This document shows, piece by piece, positions 1 through 10,856 of a stretch of 64,000 bases of DNA. A program made the translations under genes and the position numbers. Origin of the DNA: Yuukianura sp. NJ FZ-2021 (lineage: Eukaryota); contig CM102290.1 in the NCBI GenBank assembly GCA_046563655.1, positions 3,348,001-3,412,000 on the forward strand. The letters run 5' to 3'. The notes under the pieces were generated by a model. That model was not told the DNA's origin. It saw nothing but the letters and a program-made list of their open reading frames with translations, and searched no databases. Each line of letters opens with the position of its first letter. Within the stretch, counting starts at the first letter, position 1.

Positions 1-1734
1 AGAATCTAGACAAGAAGTATGTAGTTTGAAGCTGTAAATCAGATATTATAAAAGTAATGGATTACAACCAAAGTTTTATTTTGCAGCAAAGGTTTAATTA
101 CATGGCGCAATTCATGAGACCAATGTTAGAGTGCTACCAAAGTGCTGCGGCGTTGATGGGAACCGAAATGGACATGAGATGGAAAGCGTCCACGTCTCGG
201 ACACTCGTGTAAGAACCTACCGAAGGATTTTCCGATACCGAATTCTTTGAAAACTTTTAACTCGTAATTTGCAGGCATTGCATTGCGTGTGCTGGAAGAA
301 TCACCAAAGCTTTCAGTCCTCAGGACACAATGAAACGTTGTGGCTGCGTTGGAATGTTTCTGGAGGCCCTTGAAACTTTTATCAAACCGATTGAAGTACT
401 AAAATTTGTTTTTCAATTACTTGGCCTGTGAACGACTAAACCAATTGAACGTATTCTGCATAGGTAATTGATGGTGCAATTCGGTCGGAGATGCTCAGCG
501 CAGTTCGGCAATACTTTCATCGCTTGGTAGTCTGCCTTGACGCTGAAATTTTATCCATTGTTCCTATTGTTTCCCAAGTGCTACTTCGTGATACTTCTAC
601 CAAGAGCATTCAAGAATACTTTCCACTTATTACACAAATCATATCCAAATTTAAAGTAAGTCTTACTTTTTTTTTATGATTTTGTGAAAAATTGTGTTAT
701 AAATGTAGTATTATGTATTATAATTCGAACTATTTTATGTTTGCAGAAAGATATTATTCCATTTTTAAAGGAAATATTTCCTATCTTCAACCAAATTGTT
801 CTCATGGAACTTGCCATTCCGTTGGAAGACAATGATGAAACTGGAAAACGGGATCGTCAATTTCTACGTCGCCAATATTTTCAATTCCTCGCCTGTGTAA
901 GTTTGCGTTCGAAGTTCGAACGCAAATTCGAACAAGTTCGAACTTCGAACTTGTTTTTGAACACTAAAGTGTTATATGACGCCTCAATTAATTGAAATTG
1001 TATGATCAATTACATTTTCAGGTAATGCTGAACGAGTTACACGAAGTCTTTCCTAGTACGACCGATCCTCCACTCATGGCGAAAATTTTCGAATCAATTT
1101 GTGAAGGTGCTGTAAACTGTGCTGATCCAGTCGTAAGTAAATAAGATCTTGAATTGAGTTTTAGCAAATATGTTAGAAGTAATGCGGAATTTCGTCTGAT
1201 TTTGTGAATTTAAGGGACAGAAGACATGCTTTAGTATTTTCAAAAAATGTATCGAACTCTATGGAGATGTTTTAGCTTCCAACGAAACATTCAAAAGCTT
1301 TATGTACTCGCAAATACTCCCAGCATGCTTCAATGTTCCGGCTGGCCCAGATTTTGATATACACGATGCTCAAGCAATCTTGGTTGTTAACGAAATAGCG
1401 GGTTGTATGAAGACAATGTACGATAAAAGAGTAAGTTATTCATATGAAATCTGATAACCTAAACCTCAGTTCACCAAACATAATGATGAAACCGTTTCGT
1501 TGTTTCAGGGAAACGAATTAGTTGACATTCTTCAAAAGAACTACTTGCTACCGCCAAAATTTTCTCTAGAAACCAGTGCTGCCTACATAAGTGCTCTACG
1601 AGGAAACCTTAGAGACTTTAAAATCATCATGAAGGTATGTCTGTACTCTTGTTAATTTAGTTTGTAGATAAATTTTTGCATTTGAATTACTTATTTCGTT
1701 TTGTTTTCAGAATTTATTTACAACTAGGACTTAG
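1..1734 (+). CDS. XPOT: Exportin-T (tRNA exportin), 3' part; multi-exon, 5' end outside the window
   Basis: Spliced exons give ...AVRQYFHRLVVCLDAEILSIVP...IQEYFPLITQIISKFK|KDIIPFLKEIF...EDNDETGKRDRQFLRRQYFQFL...EGAVNCADPV|GQKTCFSIFKKCIELYG...ILPACFNVP...FDIHDAQ...MYDKR|GNELVDILQKNYL...DFKIIMK|NLFTTRT*, matching the C-terminal HEAT region of metazoan exportin-T. GT-AG introns; stop TAG 1732-1734; AATAAA 1903-1908. Confidence 0.9.
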
Positions 1735-1928
1735 GTCAAGGACTCCATAACAAACTCTAACTTCCAAATGAGCAACTGAACACAAAGACTGCTTTCTTTG
1801 CTAAAGCAAAAATACCCCAGAAGGAAACAACCAACTTATACAAGTATCCTGTTATCGCTAAATGTCGCCAGAGGTTAAATTTTCATTATCCAAATTATTT
1901 GAAATAAACCAAGTTCTGAGAACAAATT

Positions 1929-4465
1929 TCAAAGGTAATTCATGAACGTGATCCAGTAGATGCAATTTAGCAGGGCAAAAGTCAATGGAAAAATTTTACG
2001 AGAGTAGGCGTCAATTTGTAAAGCTTTTGTTCTTTTTTCAGTAACCGTAGAAAGGGACTTTTGTTGTTTCAGAATTTTTCTGGGTTTTGGTGGCGGTGGA
2101 GCCGGCGGAATGTTGTATGGAATTGACTCTTCAATTTCAAAATCCATTCGTGTATGTTGTACCTGTCAAATTTCATTTTTTTTTTCAATTTGAGTAACTT
2201 AGGTCAGTTTTTGACATTAACTAAACATTTTTTCAATTTCGAAAGCTAACTTACACAAAATTGGGAACGGAAGTGGGCTTGAGGAGAAATGTTAACGTAT
2301 GCGATCTCGTCCGATGTACAGTCATTGTTGGCAGTACTTTTCTTGGGTTTGACCTTGAGGTCAGCGGAGTCGCCTAGAACAATATTGACGAGACAGTACT
2401 CCATGAGCGCCAGAAAAACAAATCTAAATCGGGTTAAACCAGAAACAAAAACAGATAAAGTGTTTACTAGCTTAAATTAATCGTGACCTTGCATCTAATT
2501 TTCGCAGTTGTTAACTCACAGGTTAACGCTAACCTTCCCCCTGGCCTACATTTGGAATTTTTTTTTTGAAAATAGCGTCGTGTCCTGTGAGAATTGTGAT
2601 ACGGTATCATTTGTTTTCCCAGCATGAACGTTTAAACAGATTAAAAGATAAACGATTTGGCCGAATTGATCTGGCGTGTGTTTACGGTTAGAACATATCA
2701 GTGTCCATTTGTAACACTTATGAAATTTTTTTGTAACTTATGTTAAAGATACAGCGATTGATGCGAACTGCGTGTAAACGTGTTATTAGTGTTTATAAAT
2801 TTTTTGAAATTTTGAATCTGGATTTTAAGGATTACATGGTACATGTTGACATGAACAGATCGACAGCCTTGAGGTAAGATACTGGGGGAAGCCCTGCTTG
2901 TGACTTGGCATGTTGTGTTGATAAGGTCAGCAGTGAGGTCACGCCCAGAGTTACTCGAGCTGGAGCAGCTTCAGGCGCAATCCAGAATGAAATCCACTGT
3001 AAATATATTTCAAAAAGTTCAAAAGTTAGCTTATGAGAGTATTGGGGGACTCTGGTCAGACTTCAACGTCTTTAGTTTGTCGAGGTCACGAGGTCAGAGT
3101 TCAATCTACAGACAGTCTTACCGACATGACGACAATGAGGCAAGTGGGTACGTAGGTATGGAATAGGTAGTAGCCCAACCTCCTCTTCAATACAAACACT
3201 ACTTCCAGACAAGTAAAATTTCCTGTTTAAAAATTAGATTCTGGAAATTTTTAAAATTTTTCTGTTCAAAAGGTCATAGTAGTTTTGAGTTTTTGAAGAA
3301 GTTGACGCGTTCCTAGGTTTAGTTAAAAAGTTTGCTTTCTCCACTTTCTCCGCTATACCTGTTGAGTAGCTGTGACTGCAATCGGCAGTTCTGTTTTGGA
3401 CTAGCTGTAATTGTGGAAGTTCAATTTTGTCATCAACAACCAACGGTAGCTCCTTGTCCCACTCAAAAATCAAGTCATCCGTTGTATGTGAAACTTTTTC
3501 AAAATGAATCCAAGCAAAAGTGAAACCAATTTCAATTTCAATTTCAAATTTTCTCTCTTACGACTCTCCATTTGTAAGGTACACTCTTGTGTATCGTGTG
3601 GGTAGAGGGCAAAGTTCATGGAACACGAAAGTGTTAATGTCAACCTAAAAATTCGTTGGATTAGTACGGATGCAGCGATTTTTGAAAAATTCGAACACTC
3701 AAAAACGCTTACTTGACCATGTAGAGCAGCGATTTGTCTTTGTATAGCCACAAGTAGTGATTCGGAATCGTCATTGTTTGAAACGTAACTTGTTTTGCAT
3801 TTTTGAAAAATGAATCCGGACGCCACATCTGATCTAGCCATCCAACTTCAAGTAGCCTTTTTCATCCAATAAAAATTTTCACATTTCATAACTTTTTTCA
3901 AAATTCAATTTATGGAATCTTCAAACAACGATTTTGATTTTGATTCACCTGTACTCCGTCGTCATATTCTCGGGAAGACGGAGTCTGTCATCTCTCCAAC
4001 TTTGTGACACAAAGATGTCAGCAGCATAAGTCTATCACAAGAGGTCAAATGTGGGTCATCTGTTTTCAAATGTCAAGAGGTCAAAGGTCAAGTTACCATG
4101 GAGTACTCATTGATAGAGTCAAGGCCCATGACGGTAACATGAAATTCAACCTTGGTAGCGTGACCATCTTGTTTCGGTGGTCTCATACGATCATAAAGTT
4201 GTGGGTTTGGAATTAACTCAGAAAAGGCCAAACGCATTGTCGAGTTTTCCTCAACGTTGGAAGATTTCTGTGTGGCGAAACCTGTAGAATCGGGAGATTT
4301 TGTTGTTGCTTGAGATGTACAAAGCCTGAAAATATTCCAATTAAAAACTAATTTTTTTAAAAACTGATTTGAAAAAATGCTTTACACTTCCAAAGCTGTG
4401 GCAGTGAGTGGGGAGACGATGAACAAATAATTGCAAAGAGAAAGCACACCGTTCAGAAATCGCAT
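1929..4465 (-). CDS. ort: Histamine-gated chloride channel subunit (Cys-loop ligand-gated ion channel), ort/hclA type; about 10 exons
   Basis: ATG at 4465 with a hydrophobic signal-like start (MRFLNGVLSLCNYLFIVSPLTATA). Then YDRMRPPK...FHVTVMGLDSINEYSM|TYAADIF, EYRLLEVGWLDQMWRPDSFFKNAKQVTFQTMTIPNHYLWLYKDK, Cys loop CSMNFALYPHDTQEC, loop C DCSHSYSTGNFTC, M2 with anion-selective PAR motif (APEAAPARVTLGVTSLLTLSTQHAKSQ) and M4 IDAYSRKIFPLTFALLNCIYW. TFQTMTIPNH and STQHAKSQ fit ort rather than HisCl1. Confidence 0.9.
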
Positions 4466-6563
4466 TTTCAAAATCTAAACTTTCACAGCGTCACTTTCAC
4501 CATCTATTTTTAATCCAATTTTATGAGATACCGTCACTTACTAAATATCTACAAATTTAAAAAAATTAAAAATTTCTGAAAACATGTAGAAAATTTTGGA
4601 AATTTTAGCAAAACTTTCTCTTGCGCTCCCCAAAGCTTTTCAAATCGTTCACAGGTTTCGAGAGCTGACTTGTTCCTTCCATCGTCGTATGTCAAGGACT
4701 GAAATGTCGCGGTACTTCTCATGTTATTCTTTAGCTGTTTTGGTTATCGTCTCATCTTAAAAATGACGAAAAAGTTAAAAATGTTGGAGATCGTTTTTCA
4801 AAAATTAGAATGGTATAACCCTGTTTTGGGAAAAAAAAGTGCTGACGTATTCAAAATTTTGAAGAGATGGTTCTTTATTTTACAAAAGCCAACACAAAGA
4901 TTCTTCAAAAAGTGCAGACCAGTCAAAATGTTAAGTGGTCTTAACAATGCTTTCACTTTTTTACAGTTTAAAATTGGATCAGATTTCGAAGAAAATTAGC
5001 AAATTGCAAATTTATCCAACAGCATTAGATCGAAGATTCGGCAGGGAGGATGATTCAGGGTTCTAAAAATAATTAAAAGGAAAATAAATCAAAGTAATCT
5101 TAAAAAAATCTAAAAGTCCTGCCGCATTAACCACATTTTTAGTAAACAAGTCAGCGTTAAATCGCAGTTAACCATTTTAAAAACAGCAAGGAACATCAAA
5201 AACCTCCAGAATCACAATGACATTCAGGAACTTCTCAATGTCAAAGTTAACTTAACTGCGGTTCCAAAAAAATTCCAATCAATTCCGTCACACCATGTCG
5301 AGATAATCATAAAGCGACTCTAATTACAACCACTTAACCAACTTCGACTTTAACTCCAAGCCACTAAATCATGCATTGAACTCGAGGATTCTACTTAACT
5401 AATTACCAACCAAAATTAACTAATGAAGACAAAAATTTTTTATTTAATATGCTTGTCACATAAACCAAAAAGTAAATCCAAAACGGCACCACAGAGTTCT
5501 TAAATTATCATTAAATCCTTTCGTTAAGTTATTACAATACAGACATAATGAAGCCAACTGTAAATTAAAAGCGCACAACTTGCACTTTGAAGAGACATGA
5601 TTACAAACGTTTAAGTTATCATCAAAGTCATAAATTAATTTAGGCAACTAAATTATATGAAATCCAAAGTCCGAACTCTAAGAAAATTTGCAACACGGCA
5701 AATGGAAAAAAAACAGTTAAGGAAATACCAAAACTGCTAAATTGCACAATGAAACATGTAACTACTTTAACAGAGGAGGATATTGCACTGCTACGTGAAT
5801 TTACTTAAAAGTTAATCATTTAAACAATTTGAACTACCAATTGACACTGTCCTTTTCAATTCAATTGTCACACGTGACAATGATGTGTTTGACTTAAGTT
5901 TCTAACAGTTCAAATCTAAACTCTCCTATTACCTCCTCAGTACAATGTTTTTAAATTTGCGCATTAATCAAACTTGGTTTTAACCGTTATTGCTTTGTAT
6001 CTACAAAATATTTCTCCCTCAGCATCATCAATTTCAGTACGATTTTACCCTATGTCCGTAAAACACAAAATATTCCACTCCTGAATTTCAAGGTCACAAC
6101 AAAACGCTGCAATCTGGGTCATCTTATAACATTGATTCTGGAGCACATTCAACTTATGTTTTTCTAGAATAAATTAAAAGCCAAAAATGAAAAGCACATG
6201 AGAGTCTTGGTTTTGGACTCGTCAAATATAATTATTTTTAAGGTATCATTGTTCTTAACATCTACAATTTTTTTTTGGATTTTTGTTCATTTTTAATTTT
6301 TTTTTGATTTTTATAGTTTTATGAAATGTGTATTAAGCGCTTATAACAACAGTAGCTTCAGCATCATTACGTGTTTCTAGGTTGTTAAACTTAAACCGTT
6401 TTGGAAATTGAGTTAATTAAAAAGATCTAATTGGAAATTGACTTAAAGTGAGGCAAAAGAAAGTTATGTCTAATTGGAAATTGAACTTTTTAGAAATGGG
6501 TAATTTTGAAAGAGAAAGAATTGCAGTGTGATCAATTGACGTTTGACGGATGACGTCGGACTT

Positions 6564-8939
6564 TTAGTTGATGTTGTAGACCATGTAAACGTAGTCTTCC
6601 TGGGAATTTAGAACCAATGGGCTGTTCGGAGCAGCTACGTAGAATCCCAGAAACATAAATGTCCGAACCAGGGTAGCTAAAAAAAGGAGACAAAAAATTT
6701 CATTTGTAATGTAAAATTCATTTGCGGCGTCATTTCACTTTGAATGTTACAACTAGAGCAAGCTACATTTGAATCTCGGGTAAAATTCTTTGGTTTCTGA
6801 AGTTGCATTTACTGATATAACGGTTTTTTTCCTAGAGTGGAAAAGTAAACATAAAATTCGTGATATAAAAATTCCATTGTTCAAAGTTCGTAAAAAAACA
6901 ACTCAGATTTCTTTCCGGAAATTATTTCAACCACTAAAGAAAAGATTTACAGATTGTTTAGTATTGATTCTGCAAAATACTATTAGTTGATTAATATCAC
7001 AACCAACAACATTGCACTTTGCACTTGGCAAAATGTCGTCACTGAAAAGGATATTTGGCACCACTTGGGAAAGTGATCTATGTCATAAAGCTTCTCAATT
7101 GGCAATGGTTTAAATGTGACTTTTGGCACGAGTAGTGTTGTTTCTACTGCGCATTATTTTGGTTGAATTGTAAGTGGAACCGATCCCAAAGTCTTGCTCG
7201 CTCGTGTAAGAATTCAATTGGCACGTTAAGAGACGTCGGACTTAAGTCCGTTTTAATTTACCTCTGTCGACACGATCCTTGGAAAAGCAAACGATGGCAT
7301 GATTACACTGCAAAACTTCCTCAGCATACTCCAAGAGTGCAACGAAGGCATCCTTCGATGAATCTGGAAGTACTCCGTTAGGAACCTCGATGTACAGGTT
7401 GTCGTTCTGAAGAACAGTATCCCATTTCAAAAGAGTTTGAGTCGTTAACGAATATCGAAAAGTAATTTGAAGCGGTTGTCCTTTTGCCAATTCCTGAAAC
7501 AATGAATAGACGTAATGGAAAGTTACTTTTATAGGATTTCATTAGTATGGCTGTGTGTCTTAAATGAAGTACTCAAATTCAACCATAAAAACACGCGGCT
7601 ACTCATTCAGATACTAAAATTATGAATGTCACCTCTACTTTTTTTTTGTACCCGTTTATGGTTTAAAAAAAACGATTGGAAAACTACTACTTTGAAAATA
7701 CCGTTAAAAAGCTATGCGTTAAAAGCAGTATTTCACCTATGTCCTGCAAATTTGCTAATTTAAGTCCCGATTTAAGATTCAAAGCGTAGTTTTTGTGTAC
7801 TTTTTGCTAAAAGCACGTTCCAGTGTTTAGTAAGTGTCAGCATGCAAAATTGAAGCTCACACGTGTGTAAACGATAAAATTGCCTTTCGGGGGTATGATT
7901 TAATTCTGGAGTGTAACTTACAACCAACGCAATTTTTAGTATAGTTATGGATACAGTAGCAAACTTACCGGAAAAACGTAATGATGCGAAGAGAGCTCTT
8001 CATTATTCCCCACGCCGTTGCTCTCTGTTGTTATAAGCGATACACGGAGTGGGAGGGCATCAAATATACCACAGAGGCCCTGTGCCAAGGGTAACGGACA
8101 ACTGTCTTGAGGCCTTCGACGATGGTTGTTTACTACTTAGATTCAAAAAATACATAAAAATCGATAAAGTAATCAGTCACTTCAGTCTTACAAAGTCCTT
8201 ACAACAACCTTCAACCGCTCAATCATATTCATAATTCATCAAAGTCCACCTCGTGTTCATAAACTTATGAATTATCCTTAATGGTAATAGCGCTAACGCG
8301 TGGATAAAGGTAACATTACATCGCAATAACGGCAATGTAAGAGAAATTGGTTTTTTAAACCTAAGGCATCCCCCCATAGTGTACCAAAAAATAAGATGAA
8401 AGCTATCCGACTTTAGCAGAAATGCTTGAGTTGACTACGTAAAAGCTCAACTTTAATTAAAACCTTTCCGATGTATTCTTCATTGACCTCAAAAGTCGTT
8501 GGATTTACGTTATTCAAGTTATAGAAACATCAACGTAACCAGGATTTGTTTCAAGTTTGTTCCACGTAACCCAAACCACAAGAATGTGGTTACCTTTGCC
8601 CCTTAGTCACATTCAAACTCAAAGCACTACAGTACCGGCCCTACGTAATTTTCCGTTACTTTGCATTAGTTTCGGCATCTAACAAAGCTAAATATAGATA
8701 TCTAATGATGATGATGCTAAATACTAGTAAAAAATCATGCATGAGTATTATAACGGGAAGGTTGTAAATGTGACGCAATGCCACAAATTCTCAAGTTAAG
8801 ACAAAAAAAGACACTCAAGAGAAAATATGAAAAGTGAAATTTAATTAGAAACTCACCTCATCGTTAACGCCATATTCTTCGAATTCAAGAAATTACTACT
8901 TAATATTGTTGATGAATTGTTGAGGGTACTGATACTCAT
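6564..8939 (-). CDS. Oaz: Ornithine decarboxylase antizyme; ORF1 and ORF2 joined by a +1 ribosomal frameshift; exons 8939-8857, 8135(or 8132)-7969, 7493-7262, 6676-6564
   Basis: ORF1 MSISTLNNSS...RQLSVTLGTGPLWYI* ends at TGA 8062-8060. The +1 frame continues DALPLRVSLITTESNGVGNNEELSSHHYVFP|ELAKGQPLQITFRYSL...WDTVLQNDNLYIEVPNGVLPDSSKDAFVALLEYAEEVLQCNHAIVCFSKDRVDR|ATLVRTFMFLGFYVAAP...YVYMVYNIN*, a typical antizyme domain. Splice phases are all consistent. Confidence 0.95.
7990..8080 (-). promoter_or_regulatory. Antizyme programmed +1 frameshift cassette: GGG CCU CUG UGG UAU AUU UGA U plus a 3' H-type pseudoknot
   Basis: Shift codon ATT at 8065-8063, stop TGA at 8062-8060. Stem 1: UCCCACUCCGU (8054-8044) with ACGGCGUGGGG (8018-8008). 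Stem 2: AGAGAGC (8026-8020) with GCUCUCU (7996-7990). Confidence 0.85.
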
Positions 8940-9477
8940 GTTGACAAATTTTGACGGACGAGTGAAGTAACGGTGACTGTAGTAGGTAAGTTTAGTAGAG
9001 GACTTTTACGGTAGCGACTGCTAATCCCAGCTTCCAGAAGTGTTCTGTAAACCTTCAACCTTTTGGATTGACTCCGAGTAGAGAACATTCTAGCTACTTG
9101 GGCACCTACAGAGCAGAGGGGGCGGAAGAGTCCATTTCCTTCATAATTCGCCCCAGAAACACACCATAGCGACCAGTCCCACCACTTCTTATTCAGAGCA
9201 GAAGCAATGTTGCTATGGAAATGGCGAAAGCAAACTATGGGAGTATTAACGTTACAAAACACACTATTTCTGTGGTTTAGTTCCAAAATTTTAATTAATT
9301 TTTTAATTAATTTTTAAATAATAAGGTACTAGAATGATTCGTATGCTTGTTGGGGTATCGCCCCATTTTAAATAAATAAGTTACCAGAATGCGGTGTATA
9401 CTTGTTGGGACTTCGCCTCAAAGAATCAATGTCATAATCTAAGGAATAATAACCTGTGAAAGCCATCCAAGCAAAAG

Positions 9478-9530
9478 AATTTGGCACCTAGGTGCCAAAT
9501 TATGCCTACCTAGCTTAGGCGAACACGAAC
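9478..9530. repeat. Perfect 24-bp palindrome AATTTGGCACCTAGGTGCCAAATT with an adjacent small hairpin; possible transposon end remnant
   Basis: Palindrome read directly at 9478-9501, followed by gccta...taggc. A degenerate ~55-bp direct repeat pair lies just upstream (about 9312-9420). Confidence 0.6.
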
Positions 9531-10856
9531 TTCAAAACTGTTATCTTTACTAACCAATCTGCTATAACACCTTACGTGAATTCTGATAGGTGTGCTTAGA
9601 TTTTTGGTGAGTGTATTATGACGTGAATAACGGTTTTCTGGGTTGAGAAAGTTGAACCTGAAGCCCCCTCATACGCGAAAATATTCGCATTGCTGTTTTG
9701 CACCACTTTTGTTTCCTTCCAGCTCGTTGCATAATGAAAGGACGTCGATTTCTAAGCCCGTGTCGCTTGGCGCACGAGCCAAGGGGTGCCTTATTCCGAG
9801 CGAAATTGTTCCAGCTCCCTTGAAAAAGTGTTAACACAAGCGCATGTGTTTCTGGAAAACCTTCAATTTGCAAATATTTTTAGAAATGAAAGATCATTTC
9901 TAAAACAAATTAAAGCAGCAACGGAGTTGATTGGGAATTCGCCTACGTGTACAAGGGATGACTACTAGGAAATATATTTTTAGGGAGAAGAGGCGTATGC
10001 AAGTGAATCATTGTGTAATTTACACAGTGTAAATTCAATTAATTTCAAAGTTTTGCATTCATAATTTAATGCACAATGTACGAACATCAAATAGAAGTAA
10101 ACATCAATGCGGAAACTTTGGATTTCGTAATCCTAGTTAAGATACATTTTCTCTGCTTGTTGCTAGTTGGGAAATGTATTAATCCATAATGAGTATCTGG
10201 ACAAAATGACCTTCTTACGTACGAAATATGCTCCTTTCCGGGTTACTAAATCTTTGTACTTCGTCATAACGTTTAGAGCTTGTAAGATTAGACAAGTTTT
10301 CGGGTTGGGTTCAACTATCTTATTCCGAGACATTGTACAAAGAAACTGAAAAACATGACAATCCCTAGCGTATTTAGGTATTAAACGTTATAGAAAGGCA
10401 GGATAAAGTCACGTTACAAACATGAGAATTGTCACGTAGTTTAAAGCGTCTGTGTTTCAGAGTTAAGTGTTTTGGAGGTTAACTTTTAGAATGTCTTCAA
10501 AGGGAATTTGCTCTTCGGGAGATAAAATATACAAGGGTAGAATTCTAATTTAAAGTAATCAAATTACATACTTGTTTTCATTTAAGTTGGGAACAGAAAA
10601 TAATGATTAATTCCCATTTCATGCAAGTGTAAATTGACAAAAAGTTAATACGAGATCTGTTTTAAGTTGAGGAGGGCGAGAGTGGGGTCACTCGACAAAG
10701 ATAAGACAATAGATTGAACACACTAAACAAACAGCTTAAGAGGGCAAATCCTAGCCCATCTTCATAAAAACCATCTTTTGCCTTGAGTTTCACGTGAACT
10801 ATCTGTGGTTTGTGACTTCGGGGTCAACGAAACACAAAACCCACTCTCTGGTTTGG

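Noticed and set aside
902..955. Heat-shock element or tRNA T-loop suggested by TTCGAA repeats
   Set aside because: The spacing does not fit nGAAnnTTCn arrays, and there is no cloverleaf or A-box.
7045..7054. U12-type donor-like ATATCCTTTT on the minus strand
   Set aside because: It lies inside an ordinary GT-AG antizyme intron, and no exon boundary requires it.
8060..8065. Antizyme as a pseudogene, or UGA as selenocysteine/readthrough
   Set aside because: The conserved domain lies in the +1 frame, as expected for antizyme frameshifting; in-frame readthrough would not reach it.
8936..9286. 116-aa minus-strand ORF upstream of antizyme
   Set aside because: Non-ATG start, no recognisable motif, and it overlaps the presumed promoter and 5' UTR; likely a chance ORF.
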